This document shows, piece after piece, positions 15,995 to 25,823 of a stretch of 64,000 nt of DNA (within the stretch, counting starts at the first letter, position 1; every line of letters starts with the position of its first letter). Source of the DNA: Bacilli bacterium (lineage in GTDB: Bacteria > Bacillota_I > Bacilli_A > RFN20 > CAG-826); assembly GCA_045113315.1 (NCBI GenBank), contig JBGUIX010000014.1, positions 3,642-67,641 of the forward strand, in the 5' to 3' direction. Position numbers and translations under genes: made by a program. The notes below the pieces were generated by a model. The model was given only the letters and a program-made list of their open reading frames with translations, did no database searches and had not been told where the DNA came from.

Positions 15995-16747
15995 TCAGAA
16001 TATTTCATCCGGTAAATACCTCGTTTCTTGTACCATTAGTTTCCATTTGTTGTTTAACTTAGAATCACCAGCATGGCATTCGAAATAGACGATTGTTTTA
16101 CTAGAATGTTTTAAACAAAACTTGTAAAAATCGTTTGGTATTTCTTTCCCGAAATGTTTTTCAAATAAATATCCAATTTTTTGATAAAGCGTTTTCTTGT
16201 TATATCTTTCAAGTAAATACTTGATATCTTCTAAATTGAGTTTAGGGCAATGATCTAAAGCAAGCTCCACTTCTTCTAATCCACCGGCTAGAGAAGGTTC
16301 ATTTATACAATCTATAATTGCTCTTTCTAAAGATACAACGCGGATACCTTCTTCCATCATTCTGTCACGGACAAATAAATCGCATGTCGATTTTTTAGCT
16401 ATATATGTGACATCATCAAAATCAAAGTCACGTCGATGTGATTTGGTTAGGTAACTGAATGTGGAAACAAAAGATTGGGTTGCTAAGCCATAATATTCTA
16501 ACGCTTCATGGTATGAAAAATATGAATCTTCAAATAATCTGCTCGCAATTTGAAATTTAGAAGCGAAAATAAAACCAGTAGATGGATTTACTAAAGCATA
16601 CAAACCCTTTTTTATCTGTTTAATGTCGCCTTTTTTCATAGCGCGGTAAACAAATAGAGAAAAAGCGGATGGTGTTTTATACTCATCTTTTAAATCATTA
16701 TATGAGAAGAGTTTAGGCAATCTTTTCATATATAAGATTTTATCCAT
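15995..16747 (-). CDS. AbiEi-like antitoxin-family winged-HTH protein (type IV TA / abortive infection AbiEi N-domain-like)
   Basis: N-terminal LFSYNDLKDEYKTPSAFSLFVYRAMKKGDIKQIKKGLYALV fits the AbiEi_4 pattern (F..DL....LxRLxxxGxLxRxxRGVY). Start taken at the ATG for MDKILY; the ORF track extends to 16837. No AbiEii nucleotidyltransferase gene adjacent. Confidence 0.5.
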   Translation of the reverse strand: MDKILYMKRLPKLFSYNDLKDEYKTPSAFSLFVYRAMKKGDIKQIKKGLYALVNPSTGFIFASKFQIASRLFEDSYFSYHEALEYYGLATQSFVSTFSYLTKSHRRDFDFDDVTYIAKKSTCDLFVRDRMMEEGIRVVSLERAIIDCINEPSLAGGLEEVELALDHCPKLNLEDIKYLLERYNKKTLYQKIGYLFEKHFGKEIPNDFYKFCLKHSSKTIVYFECHAGDSKLNNKWKLMVQETRYLPDEIF

Positions 16748-16803
16748 ATTATTTCGTTTTTGCAATATTATGGTATTTTTTTGATATATGTTTATTTGCG
16801 TCA

Positions 16804-17466
16804 TCATATTATTTGTATAATGTTTTGAAATAAGCATGTTTTATTATTATCTATCTTCCGATCGAAATGATAATGACCACAAAACCAGTGTTTATAAGAA
16901 ACAACTTTATCTATAAACATTAACTGATCTGTACAAATATCTCGTCTAAAACCAAATGCTTTGATCACTGTTTTAGTATCAATACAATGGGTAAGCACAT
17001 AATCCACTTTATCATCAAATTTAGCTAGATTATTTAAAGCATTATCAATATCGTGTTGATTTATTTCCTCTTCTGGCCACCAAGAGACATAAGGTATGCG
17101 ATATAGCTTATCAATAGAAGTTGCTCCACCAATACATAAAAACTTTTTATTTTCTAATATTAATATCTCTCCTCTTAATATATGAAAGATGTGCTCATCG
17201 ATTTGATGCATCAATGCATTTTTAAATTCGACCAAGGGAAACGTGTTTAATAATTCAAAGTTTTCATGATTACCATCAATATACAAAATTGTACAGCCTA
17301 TACTTCTATAAAGGTTTTTATAATACTCTAATTCTCCAACGGACCATACAATTGCGGCGTCACCTAAAATGATTAAATAATCTTCAAAGCTAAGATTCAT
17401 TTCCTTTAACGCTTGAAGCTTTTTAAAATCAACATGACCATGTGTATCTCCAGTGATAAAAATCAT
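16804..17466 (-). CDS. Calcineurin-like metallophosphoesterase
   Basis: 220 aa; motifs GDTHG, GD, GNHE, H..H (FCGHYHFD). Confidence 0.8.
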   Translation of the reverse strand: MIFITGDTHGHVDFKKLQALKEMNLSFEDYLIILGDAAIVWSVGELEYYKNLYRSIGCTILYIDGNHENFELLNTFPLVEFKNALMHQIDEHIFHILRGEILILENKKFLCIGGATSIDKLYRIPYVSWWPEEEINQHDIDNALNNLAKFDDKVDYVLTHCIDTKTVIKAFGFRRDICTDQLMFIDKVVSYKHWFCGHYHFDRKIDNNKTCLFQNIIQII

Positions 17467-17638
17467 TTATACCAATGCCGTGTTCTTTTTCCTTTCTAAG
17501 CACATATTTTCATAATAAAAATAGGTCGTCAATAGACCACCTAAAGTTACCTTATAATAATTATATTAACTACCCTATATTATATATAAAACCTGTAATT
17601 ATAATTATATATAAGGTAATTTTTTTATTTTTTAACGA

Positions 17639-18352
17639 TTAGATAATAAAGAATAAAGACACCGCGATCATGAATTGAGCGATGTAATATAAAAGATGGT
17701 TAGTGATGATAAATACTGGTCCAGAAAACCCGGGAGCAAAATAAGTATTATTTAAAATCAGATCAGAGGCCATAAATAAGATAAAGGCAATCGCCATTAA
17801 AGTAATTGTCACAACCTGGAAATGAGTTTGTATCGCTACTGACATATAGATGGAAGTGGTAAAGAATAAGAATAATCCATAGATTAAAACAAACGGTTTC
17901 ATCTTCTGATATCTAACTTTAGATACCTTTTCCATTAATAATGTCGCGACTGTTAAAAGAATAGTGACAATAATAGGAATAATTAAATATAAAATATTTG
18001 AATTAAAATCGTAATAATTAAGGAATAATCCTAAAGTAAAAAATAGATGTCCAAAAGCAAAAGAGAAGAAACCTAATATTGTATAAAACATCTCTTTAGA
18101 TAAAACGATATATTTTAAATCTAGGAAAATATCTCCTAATAAACCGAAGAATAATCCCACTAAAACAAATATTCCAAAATTAGATTGAGGGTTTTTAGAA
18201 GTTAAATAGGCCACTAACCCAGTCACAATAAAGGAAAAAGAAACAAGTCCTTTAATAATGACTGCAACCACTCTTTTTTCTTTACTACGGAAATAAAGAA
18301 ATGGTAAAAGAGTGATAACTCCTAATATTAATGGAATGAGAAAAAATAACAT
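17639..18352 (-). CDS. Polytopic membrane protein (8 TM), possibly YhhN/lysoplasmalogenase-like
   Basis: 237 aa, highly hydrophobic; family assignment tentative. Confidence 0.35.
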   Translation of the reverse strand: MLFFLIPLILGVITLLPFLYFRSKEKRVVAVIIKGLVSFSFIVTGLVAYLTSKNPQSNFGIFVLVGLFFGLLGDIFLDLKYIVLSKEMFYTILGFFSFAFGHLFFTLGLFLNYYDFNSNILYLIIPIIVTILLTVATLLMEKVSKVRYQKMKPFVLIYGLFLFFTTSIYMSVAIQTHFQVVTITLMAIAFILFMASDLILNNTYFAPGFSGPVFIITNHLLYYIAQFMIAVSLFFII

Positions 18353-18373
18353 ATTATCTACCTCTATTATAAA

Positions 18374-19573
18374 CTAGGCCATTAATGAACGAATGACTTT
18401 TTCACATTCTTTCTTGTTCATAATCTTTGGAACTGGGTATCCTGGGTTACCTTCTTTAAGCGCTCTTTTGACTAATAAAGGTACATCTTCTTCTTTAATG
18501 AAGTCAAACTTCTCAGGGATATTCATCGCCTTATTCATTCTTTCAATTTCATTAATGAATTTATTAGCTTTTTCTTCATCAGTCATTTCAGATTTACTAA
18601 TACCGATAATATCCGCTAATTTTGCTAATTTCTTATGTGCGCTTTTACCATACCATCTAAGGACTTTTGGAAGGATAACTGCGTTAGCTAGTCCATGAGG
18701 GGTGTTATACATACCTCCAAGGTTATGAGCTATCGCATGAACATAGCCCACAAAAGCCCTTGTAAAGGCATTCCCGGCATAAAAGGATCCTTTAAGCATA
18801 TTATTTCTAGCTTCGATGTTTTTGCCGTCTAAATAGGCTTTTTCTAAATTATCATAGATAAGCTTTGTTGCTTCTTCGGCATATTTAATTGTGGATTTCA
18901 CATTGCTTTTACCAATATAAGCCTCAACAGCATGAGTTAAAGCGTCCATCCCGGTTGTGGAAGTAATATGTGGAGGTAAACCAATTGTTAACATTGGGTC
19001 AAGAACTGCATACTTCGGTCTTAAACAAGGATCGGCGATGGCATTCTTTTCATGTGTTAGTGGATCAGTCACCACCGCGGCTAAAGTGGTTTCAGAACCA
19101 GTACCCGCGGTTGTGGGTACCGCAAATAAGGGAGGTAATTTTTTATGAACTTTTAAATATCCTCTCATCTTTCTTATCGATTGTTTAGGTTTCACCACTC
19201 TTGCAGCAGCGGCTTTCGCACAATCCATGGGAGAGCCACCACCAAAGGCGATTACACCTTCACATTTATTATTTATATAAATATCCTTACATTCTTCGAT
19301 ATTAGATATCGTCGGGTTAGGTTGTACTCCATCATAAATGACATAATCTAAATTAGATTTTTTCATCTCTAGTAACAAAGGATCTAAAATATGTAAATTC
19401 ATTAATCCTTTATCAGTCACAATTAAGACTTTATTAATTCCTTTATTTTTAATAACCGCTGGTAATTTAATAACTGCGTCTTTACCCTCTAATAATTCGG
19501 GTTCAGACCAATCCATAAAACACATCGCAAATTTCAAAACTTTTTGACTGATACGATAGAATAGTTTTCTCAT
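18374..19573 (-). CDS. Iron-containing (group III) alcohol dehydrogenase
   Basis: 399 aa; GGGSPMDCAKA motif; His-rich iron-binding region. Confidence 0.85.
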   Translation of the reverse strand: MRKLFYRISQKVLKFAMCFMDWSEPELLEGKDAVIKLPAVIKNKGINKVLIVTDKGLMNLHILDPLLLEMKKSNLDYVIYDGVQPNPTISNIEECKDIYINNKCEGVIAFGGGSPMDCAKAAAARVVKPKQSIRKMRGYLKVHKKLPPLFAVPTTAGTGSETTLAAVVTDPLTHEKNAIADPCLRPKYAVLDPMLTIGLPPHITSTTGMDALTHAVEAYIGKSNVKSTIKYAEEATKLIYDNLEKAYLDGKNIEARNNMLKGSFYAGNAFTRAFVGYVHAIAHNLGGMYNTPHGLANAVILPKVLRWYGKSAHKKLAKLADIIGISKSEMTDEEKANKFINEIERMNKAMNIPEKFDFIKEEDVPLLVKRALKEGNPGYPVPKIMNKKECEKVIRSLMA

Positions 19574-19586
19574 ATATAAATCTCCA

Positions 19587-20063
19587 TTAGATACTTCTAA
19601 CTTCTAATTTCTCAATATCATATATCATCGCCATAAACTTATCTTGGTGATTATTAAACTTATCTTTTAAATATAAAACTTCTTTTTTGGCGTTTAATTC
19701 ACTAGCTTTAGTTTCATTCATTTCACCAGAGATATTTTTATAAATTCTATTTAATATCACATCCATGTATTTACTTTTCTCTTGATGGATAGAAGCGTGA
19801 ACCGCTCCACAATGCGTATGAGCTAAAACTATCACTTCTTTGACTTTTAAATGTTCTAAAGCATATTCAATTGAAGCTAATTCGCCTTCATTAATCACAT
19901 TACCCGCCGTTCTTATCACAAATAATTCCCCAAATGTTTTATCAAATATCTTTTCAGGGATGACTCTAGAATCACTACAGCAAATAACACAAGTTAAAGG
20001 ATGCTGTCCTTTCACTAATTCTTTTAATAAAGATTGTTCTTTATTTGAATAGTTACATTTCAT
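19587..20063 (-). CDS. Beta-class carbonic anhydrase
   Basis: 158 aa; CSDSR ... HTHCGAV zinc-ligand motifs. Confidence 0.8.
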   Translation of the reverse strand: MKCNYSNKEQSLLKELVKGQHPLTCVICCSDSRVIPEKIFDKTFGELFVIRTAGNVINEGELASIEYALEHLKVKEVIVLAHTHCGAVHASIHQEKSKYMDVILNRIYKNISGEMNETKASELNAKKEVLYLKDKFNNHQDKFMAMIYDIEKLEVRSI

Positions 20064-20089
20064 ATTTTATTTCCTACATTTAATGTAAT

Positions 20090-20114
20090 AACAAAAAACC
20101 ACTTTTTCAAGTGG
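20090..20114 (-). terminator. Rho-independent terminator of rpmE
   Basis: Hairpin ccactt-tttc-aagtgg followed by a U-run on the minus strand. Confidence 0.5.
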
Positions 20115-20137
20115 TCTTCTATAATCTTAATAATTTA

Positions 20138-20350
20138 TTATTTTTTCTCGTCGATACCGTATTTACGATTGAATTTCGCGACACGACCATCAGATTGAAC
20201 GAATCTTTGTTTGCCAGTGTAGAATGGGTGGCAGTTGCTGCAGGTATCAACTTTAATTTCTTTTAAGGTTGAACCAGATTCGAATGTCGCACCACAAGAG
20301 ATACATGTAACTGTGCAACGTTGATAGTTTGGATGAATTCCTTTTTTCAT
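20138..20350 (-). CDS. rpmE: 50S ribosomal protein L31 (zinc-ribbon type A)
   Basis: 70 aa; MKKGIHPNY...CISCG...[10 protein letters not shown], four Cys retained. Confidence 0.9.
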   Translation of the reverse strand: MKKGIHPNYQRCTVTCISCGATFESGSTLKEIKVDTCSNCHPFYTGKQRFVQSDGRVAKFNRKYGIDEKK

Positions 20351-20462
20351 AAATTTTCTCTCCTTCCGCCTTGAACAGTACTTCGTTCAAAGAAAGTTTG
20401 CTGATAAATAATAACAAATTATATTGTTAATAGTAAAGTTAATTCTTTAAAAGATTATATAA

Positions 20463-23414
20463 CTAGGCATTTGCCTTTTTGGTAAATGTGTATTGTGTTA
20501 CAACACCAGTACCTGAGGTAACTAATCCATAGGAAACACTTCCATTAGTGTTATAAGTCCCGTATGGATTATAGCAACCAGTTGAGTTTTTATCGAATAA
20601 GCGATAGCCATTAGTAAAATCTGTACAATCACCACTTACATAATCAACTCTTATAGAATTACCAGTTTTAGTCCAAGTAAATGTCGTTGTGTCACCATTT
20701 TTCTTATAACCTTCGCTATTTTTAGTATAACGTTCATATGTTCCTGTACCATCGCTGTTGAAGGTAATAATATATTCGTTAAATAAATTTAAGTTAGTCA
20801 TTGGGACAATAAGGTTATATGAACCCGCGAAGACGGTTTTATCTGTGGCTTCATTAACCATTAACGAATAGGTTGCGGTAACTGTGTTATCTTGACCATC
20901 AGTATAACTGACGGTAACTGTATAAATACCAGCTTGGGTCATATCATAACCACTAAATGTGGCAAATGAAGTAACTTCTTTTGAACTATTATCAGAGAAT
21001 TTCGCAGTCACTGTTCCACCAAAGCTAAATGTATCACCAACACATAAGAGCATGGTTGGATTAGCTAAAGTAATTGATTTCACAGTTACAACTGGTCTTT
21101 CTACAATATCCACTGTGAAAGATGTGGTTTTTTCAATCTTATCTGTGTATCTAACAGTGATGACTTGACCAGTAACTGCAGCGGAAGAATCAAATCCAGA
21201 GAACGTTGCCTCATCTGTGACATCCACGTCAGGTCCACTTTGATAATGAGCGGTAACAGTTGGTTTCACAAATGTATCACCGACATAATATGATGTTTTA
21301 GCGTTACTAACTTCGATTGATGTTAAAACATCGCTGCTATCTTTCACTACTGCAGTTAAAGTTGCATCGAAATCAGGCATCACAAATTGATAAACATGTT
21401 CTGACATTAATGTTTTTTCAACTGAGTAAGCTGGATCTTCTTCTAGATATACTTTTACAATTTCATATCCAGAAGCAGGAACCACACTAACACCAACACT
21501 TGTATCTTTAGTAACAAATCCTTCTGTCACTGGAGAGACATAAGTAATTGTGACGTGATCAGCTTGTTTGATCTTGAAGTAGTTGGTGTGTTCACCAATG
21601 TTTGGAATTAAGATAATTTCTTCTAAATCATCTTTAGATGGTTTAACTGACCATCTATCATTTGTATGATCATAACTAATGGTAGCGTCATTATCGCCTT
21701 GTAATGATAAACCAGTAACGTTATATCCTTGTTCAGAAGTGAAATAGGTATAGAATGTACCATCTCCAACAGAAGAATCATATTCGGTAATGCTCTTACC
21801 GGTAGAGTCTTCAAAATGATAACTAGAAATATGATCAGCGCTACTTAATGAAATAAGAGGATAAGTTGGTTGATCGCCTTTAGGTTCATAAATCTTAAAT
21901 GAAATTTCAAAGAAACCTTGATAACTATTTTCGCTAATATCATCAGCGTCACTCATAAAGACTTGTGAATCTGTAATAAAGTCATCTGCATTCACATATG
22001 CTCTTGTACCAAATAAATGATAACTTGGATCTTTATGGAATCCCGCTTCTTCTAATAAAGCGGCATATTGTGTAATCGCAGCTTTCGCAACTGCGTAATT
22101 AGCAATATGGATTCTCACATAATCCTTGGTACGGAAATAATAATCTGTACCAGTTTTATCTTCGAAATTACTAATCTTAGTAACTTCTTCACCAAATGGT
22201 AATAATGGGATAAATCTCGAATAACCATTAGCGGTTAAATAAGAGTTAAATGTAGCGACACTATTAACGGTGTTATTAACGGTTTTGCAAGTTGTTTGTA
22301 ATTGGAATAAACCCTTTGGATAATAATATCCACATGGGAATCTTCTACCAATATCTGCATCAGATCCTAAATAAACCATCTCAATTGTGTAAGTTGTGGT
22401 CTTTTGATGAGCGGTATCAACATCCACTCTTTTATATGTTGGATGAGAAGCATCTAAAACTTTGCTAAATCCATCGTTATTAACTAATTTATTTCCGTAG
22501 GAAGTAGTTAAATCACCTGACGCCATATCAGTAATTAAGATATGGGTACCTAAATAATCGTCTCTGGTATCAATATCGATAGAATATGAAGAGTCAGTTA
22601 AAAATGATGGAACTAAGCCATTGAAATAAGAATTAAATAATAAAACATCACCAGCATCCCAATTTGTTTTTGGTTCAAAGACATGGGTTGGATTATTAAC
22701 ATAAGCTTCTAATGGAGCATTAGTGGTGCTGCCAATATTTTCAAATGTTAAAGAACAATATCCATGGTAGATTTGTTGTTCACCTTCGTTAATGATATAC
22801 ATATCAAAATTCACATCAAACACTAAAGTGTCATTAACGACATTAACATATAATCTTTCAGGGGCCACAAACCATGTGGAGCCATTAAATCCAGTAAAGT
22901 TAGATGCGACGGCAATAGAATCAAAATCTTCAGTATAAAATCTAGAATCATTGTCGCCATCTTGAACATATTCACCTAAGAATAAGTTCTCACCCACTAA
23001 ATCGTATAAAGAGGAAATACCAGCGTCTTTATTCGTTGAATAGAATTCTTTATAAATAAAGTTATTACCAGCATAAACAAAGTTTATATAACCTTGATCT
23101 TTTTGATAAATCTTACCAGAGATACCAGAATAATAATTGTTGTAATAAATCTTATCGTTAATATTAACGAAAACATCATCATAAACATCTTCAGTATATT
23201 CTAAACAATAAGAATGAACTTTCATCGTATAGTTGTGTTCTGAAAGAATCTTATTTTTAATAACATCTAATTTAGTCGCGGGTTTTGGATCTTCGCTACT
23301 ACTAGAAGAATCAGTGGATTCACCGCCACTAGAAGTAGATGGTTTTCTAGGCGTACAAGCGGATAATGTTAAACCCGCAAGTAAGAATGAAAGTAATAAT
23401 GCTTTATATTTCAT
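20463..23414 (-). CDS. Large surface lipoprotein with C-terminal bacterial Ig-like (Big_3-type) domains
   Basis: 983 aa; lipobox LSAC; Ser-rich linker; repeated Y.VGD.F...VTA.YSDGS...VT..A.FSGYD....G.QTVTVSYT domain signature. Confidence 0.65.
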   Translation of the reverse strand: MKYKALLLSFLLAGLTLSACTPRKPSTSSGGESTDSSSSSEDPKPATKLDVIKNKILSEHNYTMKVHSYCLEYTEDVYDDVFVNINDKIYYNNYYSGISGKIYQKDQGYINFVYAGNNFIYKEFYSTNKDAGISSLYDLVGENLFLGEYVQDGDNDSRFYTEDFDSIAVASNFTGFNGSTWFVAPERLYVNVVNDTLVFDVNFDMYIINEGEQQIYHGYCSLTFENIGSTTNAPLEAYVNNPTHVFEPKTNWDAGDVLLFNSYFNGLVPSFLTDSSYSIDIDTRDDYLGTHILITDMASGDLTTSYGNKLVNNDGFSKVLDASHPTYKRVDVDTAHQKTTTYTIEMVYLGSDADIGRRFPCGYYYPKGLFQLQTTCKTVNNTVNSVATFNSYLTANGYSRFIPLLPFGEEVTKISNFEDKTGTDYYFRTKDYVRIHIANYAVAKAAITQYAALLEEAGFHKDPSYHLFGTRAYVNADDFITDSQVFMSDADDISENSYQGFFEISFKIYEPKGDQPTYPLISLSSADHISSYHFEDSTGKSITEYDSSVGDGTFYTYFTSEQGYNVTGLSLQGDNDATISYDHTNDRWSVKPSKDDLEEIILIPNIGEHTNYFKIKQADHVTITYVSPVTEGFVTKDTSVGVSVVPASGYEIVKVYLEEDPAYSVEKTLMSEHVYQFVMPDFDATLTAVVKDSSDVLTSIEVSNAKTSYYVGDTFVKPTVTAHYQSGPDVDVTDEATFSGFDSSAAVTGQVITVRYTDKIEKTTSFTVDIVERPVVTVKSITLANPTMLLCVGDTFSFGGTVTAKFSDNSSKEVTSFATFSGYDMTQAGIYTVTVSYTDGQDNTVTATYSLMVNEATDKTVFAGSYNLIVPMTNLNLFNEYIITFNSDGTGTYERYTKNSEGYKKNGDTTTFTWTKTGNSIRVDYVSGDCTDFTNGYRLFDKNSTGCYNPYGTYNTNGSVSYGLVTSGTGVVTQYTFTKKANA

Positions 23415-23426
23415 ACATGAACCCCT

Positions 23427-24587
23427 TTATTTTGTAAATGTTACCGTTGTAGAAGAAATTGAGCCAAAACTCCTGTACATTAAAACGCTAAAATTATCAG
23501 AGCTATTAATAGTACAAACTTTTGAAGCAGTGTAATTGACTGAACTATCCCAGAAAGGTGCATATTTTCTGTTATTTACATTTTCTATTGTAGACTCTGC
23601 GTCAAAAGTGAATTCTAGACCGTTTGCGCTTTCTTCCCAATTAAAACCAATCATGTTGTAATAGTCAGATTCTCCGAAAGTTCCTCTTCCGTTTTCATTC
23701 AATACAATTTTGTAATTTCCGCTTGTATAAGTTCCAGGACTAATTAAATCACTCTCTCCACCTAATACAGTTATTCCATAATTAGTTGTTTTTGTAATAC
23801 CATTTTCTGAATAACTAACATTAACGGTTTGATTCCCAGGAGTTGATAAATCATAACCAGTGAACGATGCAAAATTTGTTACTGTTTTGGAAGTATCATC
23901 TTCATAAGTGGCTACAACTTTAGGTGCAACAAATTCTCCTCCTTCAGCATATTCAGTAATAGGGTCAACAACCGATATAGTTTTTAAGGCATCACCCGAA
24001 TAAGAAGTTGAACAATTATAACCTAAAACGATTTTTGTAACTTCTATATAGTCATATGCTGAATTATTACTAACTTTAATTCTCAAATATCTAAGTCCAC
24101 TAACATTAAAAGTTTTAGATGTAAAATATCCGCTTGTTGACTGCTCAACAGTAAAAGTTTCTCCGTCAGTTGATTTAGCAATTTCGACATTCTTCAAGGA
24201 ATATTCTAATGTAGTAATGGTTATTGAATTAACACCCTGAAATTTAAAATGTTTTAATTCAGTATTCGATTCTGAAAAATATATGTACCCATAAGTTTGG
24301 CAAGTATTTGCAATCGTGCTAGATGTAATGTTCGTAAGACTATTATCAACAGCATATGAATATAATTGAAAACCACCAGTTGTTCTTCCGGAAGTGGTTA
24401 TAACTTTATTTCCAGGTAAAGTACGAGTTCCAGCAGTTGTGCTAAATTCAATGCTTCCAGAAACATCGTCCGCTTGAACTTTATTAAGTAAATTTGTGTT
24501 TGGATTCATAGCAAAGAACATTGATGCCGCTACCACGACAGGTAATGCCAATGTTCCAAATCCTAGTAATTTTTTATTAATTCTCAT
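23427..24587 (-). CDS. Secreted protein with Big_3-type Ig-like domain
   Basis: 386 aa; signal peptide; C-terminal Big_3-like repeat; 12-nt gap to the next gene, so likely one operon. Confidence 0.6.
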   Translation of the reverse strand: MRINKKLLGFGTLALPVVVAASMFFAMNPNTNLLNKVQADDVSGSIEFSTTAGTRTLPGNKVITTSGRTTGGFQLYSYAVDNSLTNITSSTIANTCQTYGYIYFSESNTELKHFKFQGVNSITITTLEYSLKNVEIAKSTDGETFTVEQSTSGYFTSKTFNVSGLRYLRIKVSNNSAYDYIEVTKIVLGYNCSTSYSGDALKTISVVDPITEYAEGGEFVAPKVVATYEDDTSKTVTNFASFTGYDLSTPGNQTVNVSYSENGITKTTNYGITVLGGESDLISPGTYTSGNYKIVLNENGRGTFGESDYYNMIGFNWEESANGLEFTFDAESTIENVNNRKYAPFWDSSVNYTASKVCTINSSDNFSVLMYRSFGSISSTTVTFTK

Positions 24588-24628
24588 AAGGGTACCTCCA
24601 ATTCGCTACAGTTATAAAAATTGTAAAA

Positions 24629-24657
24629 ATATTACTAAATAAATAATTTAGTGTCAA
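24629..24657 (-). promoter_or_regulatory. Sigma-A-type promoter: TTGACA - 17 nt - TAATAT, upstream of the surface-protein operon
   Basis: Minus strand TTGACActaaattatttatttagTAATAT, about 40 nt upstream of the GGAGG RBS. Confidence 0.5.
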
Positions 24658-24724
24658 ATGTTAATTACGCATTTTGAGACAAAAAAGGGGCAATTAGCAC
24701 TAAAAGTTTTATTTTTTTATTTTC

Positions 24725-24762
24725 AAATCAAAAGAAAAAGGTTACCCGTATTTGGATAACCT
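24725..24762 (-). terminator. Terminator downstream of the carbamoyltransferase gene (end of the purinolytic operon)
   Basis: Imperfect hairpin aggttaccc/ggataacct followed on the minus strand by TTTTTCTTTTGATTT. Confidence 0.4.
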
Positions 24763-24784
24763 CTTAACTTAGATTTTCGGATAA

Positions 24785-25795
24785 TTATCTACGATCAGAT
24801 GGTAATTTATCGTGGACGAATAAAGCCATGACTGCTTTAGCAGTGTGGATTCTATTTTCCGCTTCTTCATAAACCACTGATTGTGGACCATCGATAACTT
24901 CATCAACGACTTCGTTAACTCTATCAGCTGGTAAAGCGTGCATATATCTACAAGTTGGTTTAGCAAGTTTCATCATTTCTGGTGTACACTTCCAAGCTTT
25001 TAAGGCTAATAAAGCATCATCAACAACAGTTGTGGATTGATTTGTAACCCATGAACCCCAGTTCTTTGGGAAGACGACATCAGCGTCTCTATAAGCCGCT
25101 TCCATATCGTGAGTAATGGTTAATGAACCACCGTTTTCAGCAGCGTTCTTTTTGGCTTTTTCAATAACCCAATCTGGTAAATCATATCCTTCTGGATAAG
25201 CTAATGTCACATCGATTCCATAACGTGGGAATAATAAGACTTGGCTGACTGGAACAGAAATTGGTTTTTTATGAGTTGTAGCCATCGCCCAAATAACAGA
25301 AACTTTTAAATTCTTGGTGTGACCGAATTCATCTTCAATAGTCATTAAGTCCGCTAAGGCTTGCATTGGGTGATATAAGTCACATTGTAAGTTGATAATT
25401 GGGACTGTGGACCATTTGGCCATTTCTCTAATATATTTGTTACCTAAACCCCAGTTACAATAACGGCAAGCGATCATATGACCGAATGAGGATAAGATAA
25501 CCGCGGTATCTTTTGCACTTTCACCATGAGCGATTTGCATCATGGAGGTGTCTAAGAATGTCGCGTGGCCACCGAGTTGAGCCATACCACTTTCAAATGA
25601 GTTTCTGGTTCTGGTGGATTGTTCAAAGAACATTAAGAAACCGGTTTTACCAGTTAACCATTGGGTTTCTTCATTAGCATAGAAAGCATCTTTTAAATCA
25701 CGAGACACTTTGAGCATGTAATCGATTTCTTCTTTGGTAAAATCTTCAAGTGTGATGAGATGTCTACCAGCAAATCTTGGTTCAATTTTTTTCAT
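24785..25795 (-). CDS. Carbamoyltransferase (OTCase/ATCase superfamily, YgeW-like context)
   Basis: 336 aa; STRTR carbamoyl-phosphate motif; HPMQ and HALP motifs; sits in the purinolytic cluster with carbamate kinase. Confidence 0.8.
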   Translation of the reverse strand: MKKIEPRFAGRHLITLEDFTKEEIDYMLKVSRDLKDAFYANEETQWLTGKTGFLMFFEQSTRTRNSFESGMAQLGGHATFLDTSMMQIAHGESAKDTAVILSSFGHMIACRYCNWGLGNKYIREMAKWSTVPIINLQCDLYHPMQALADLMTIEDEFGHTKNLKVSVIWAMATTHKKPISVPVSQVLLFPRYGIDVTLAYPEGYDLPDWVIEKAKKNAAENGGSLTITHDMEAAYRDADVVFPKNWGSWVTNQSTTVVDDALLALKAWKCTPEMMKLAKPTCRYMHALPADRVNEVVDEVIDGPQSVVYEEAENRIHTAKAVMALFVHDKLPSDRR

Positions 25796-25823
25796 AAAAC
25801 TTTGTAAAACTCCCTTATTTTTA

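Noticed and set aside
17467-17638. AT-rich intergenic region with imperfect ~20-bp inverted repeats (ttaccttata…/…tataaggtaa)
   Set aside because: Extremely AT-rich, so the repeats are plausibly chance or promoter-associated. No flanking target duplication or coding potential that would suggest a MITE.
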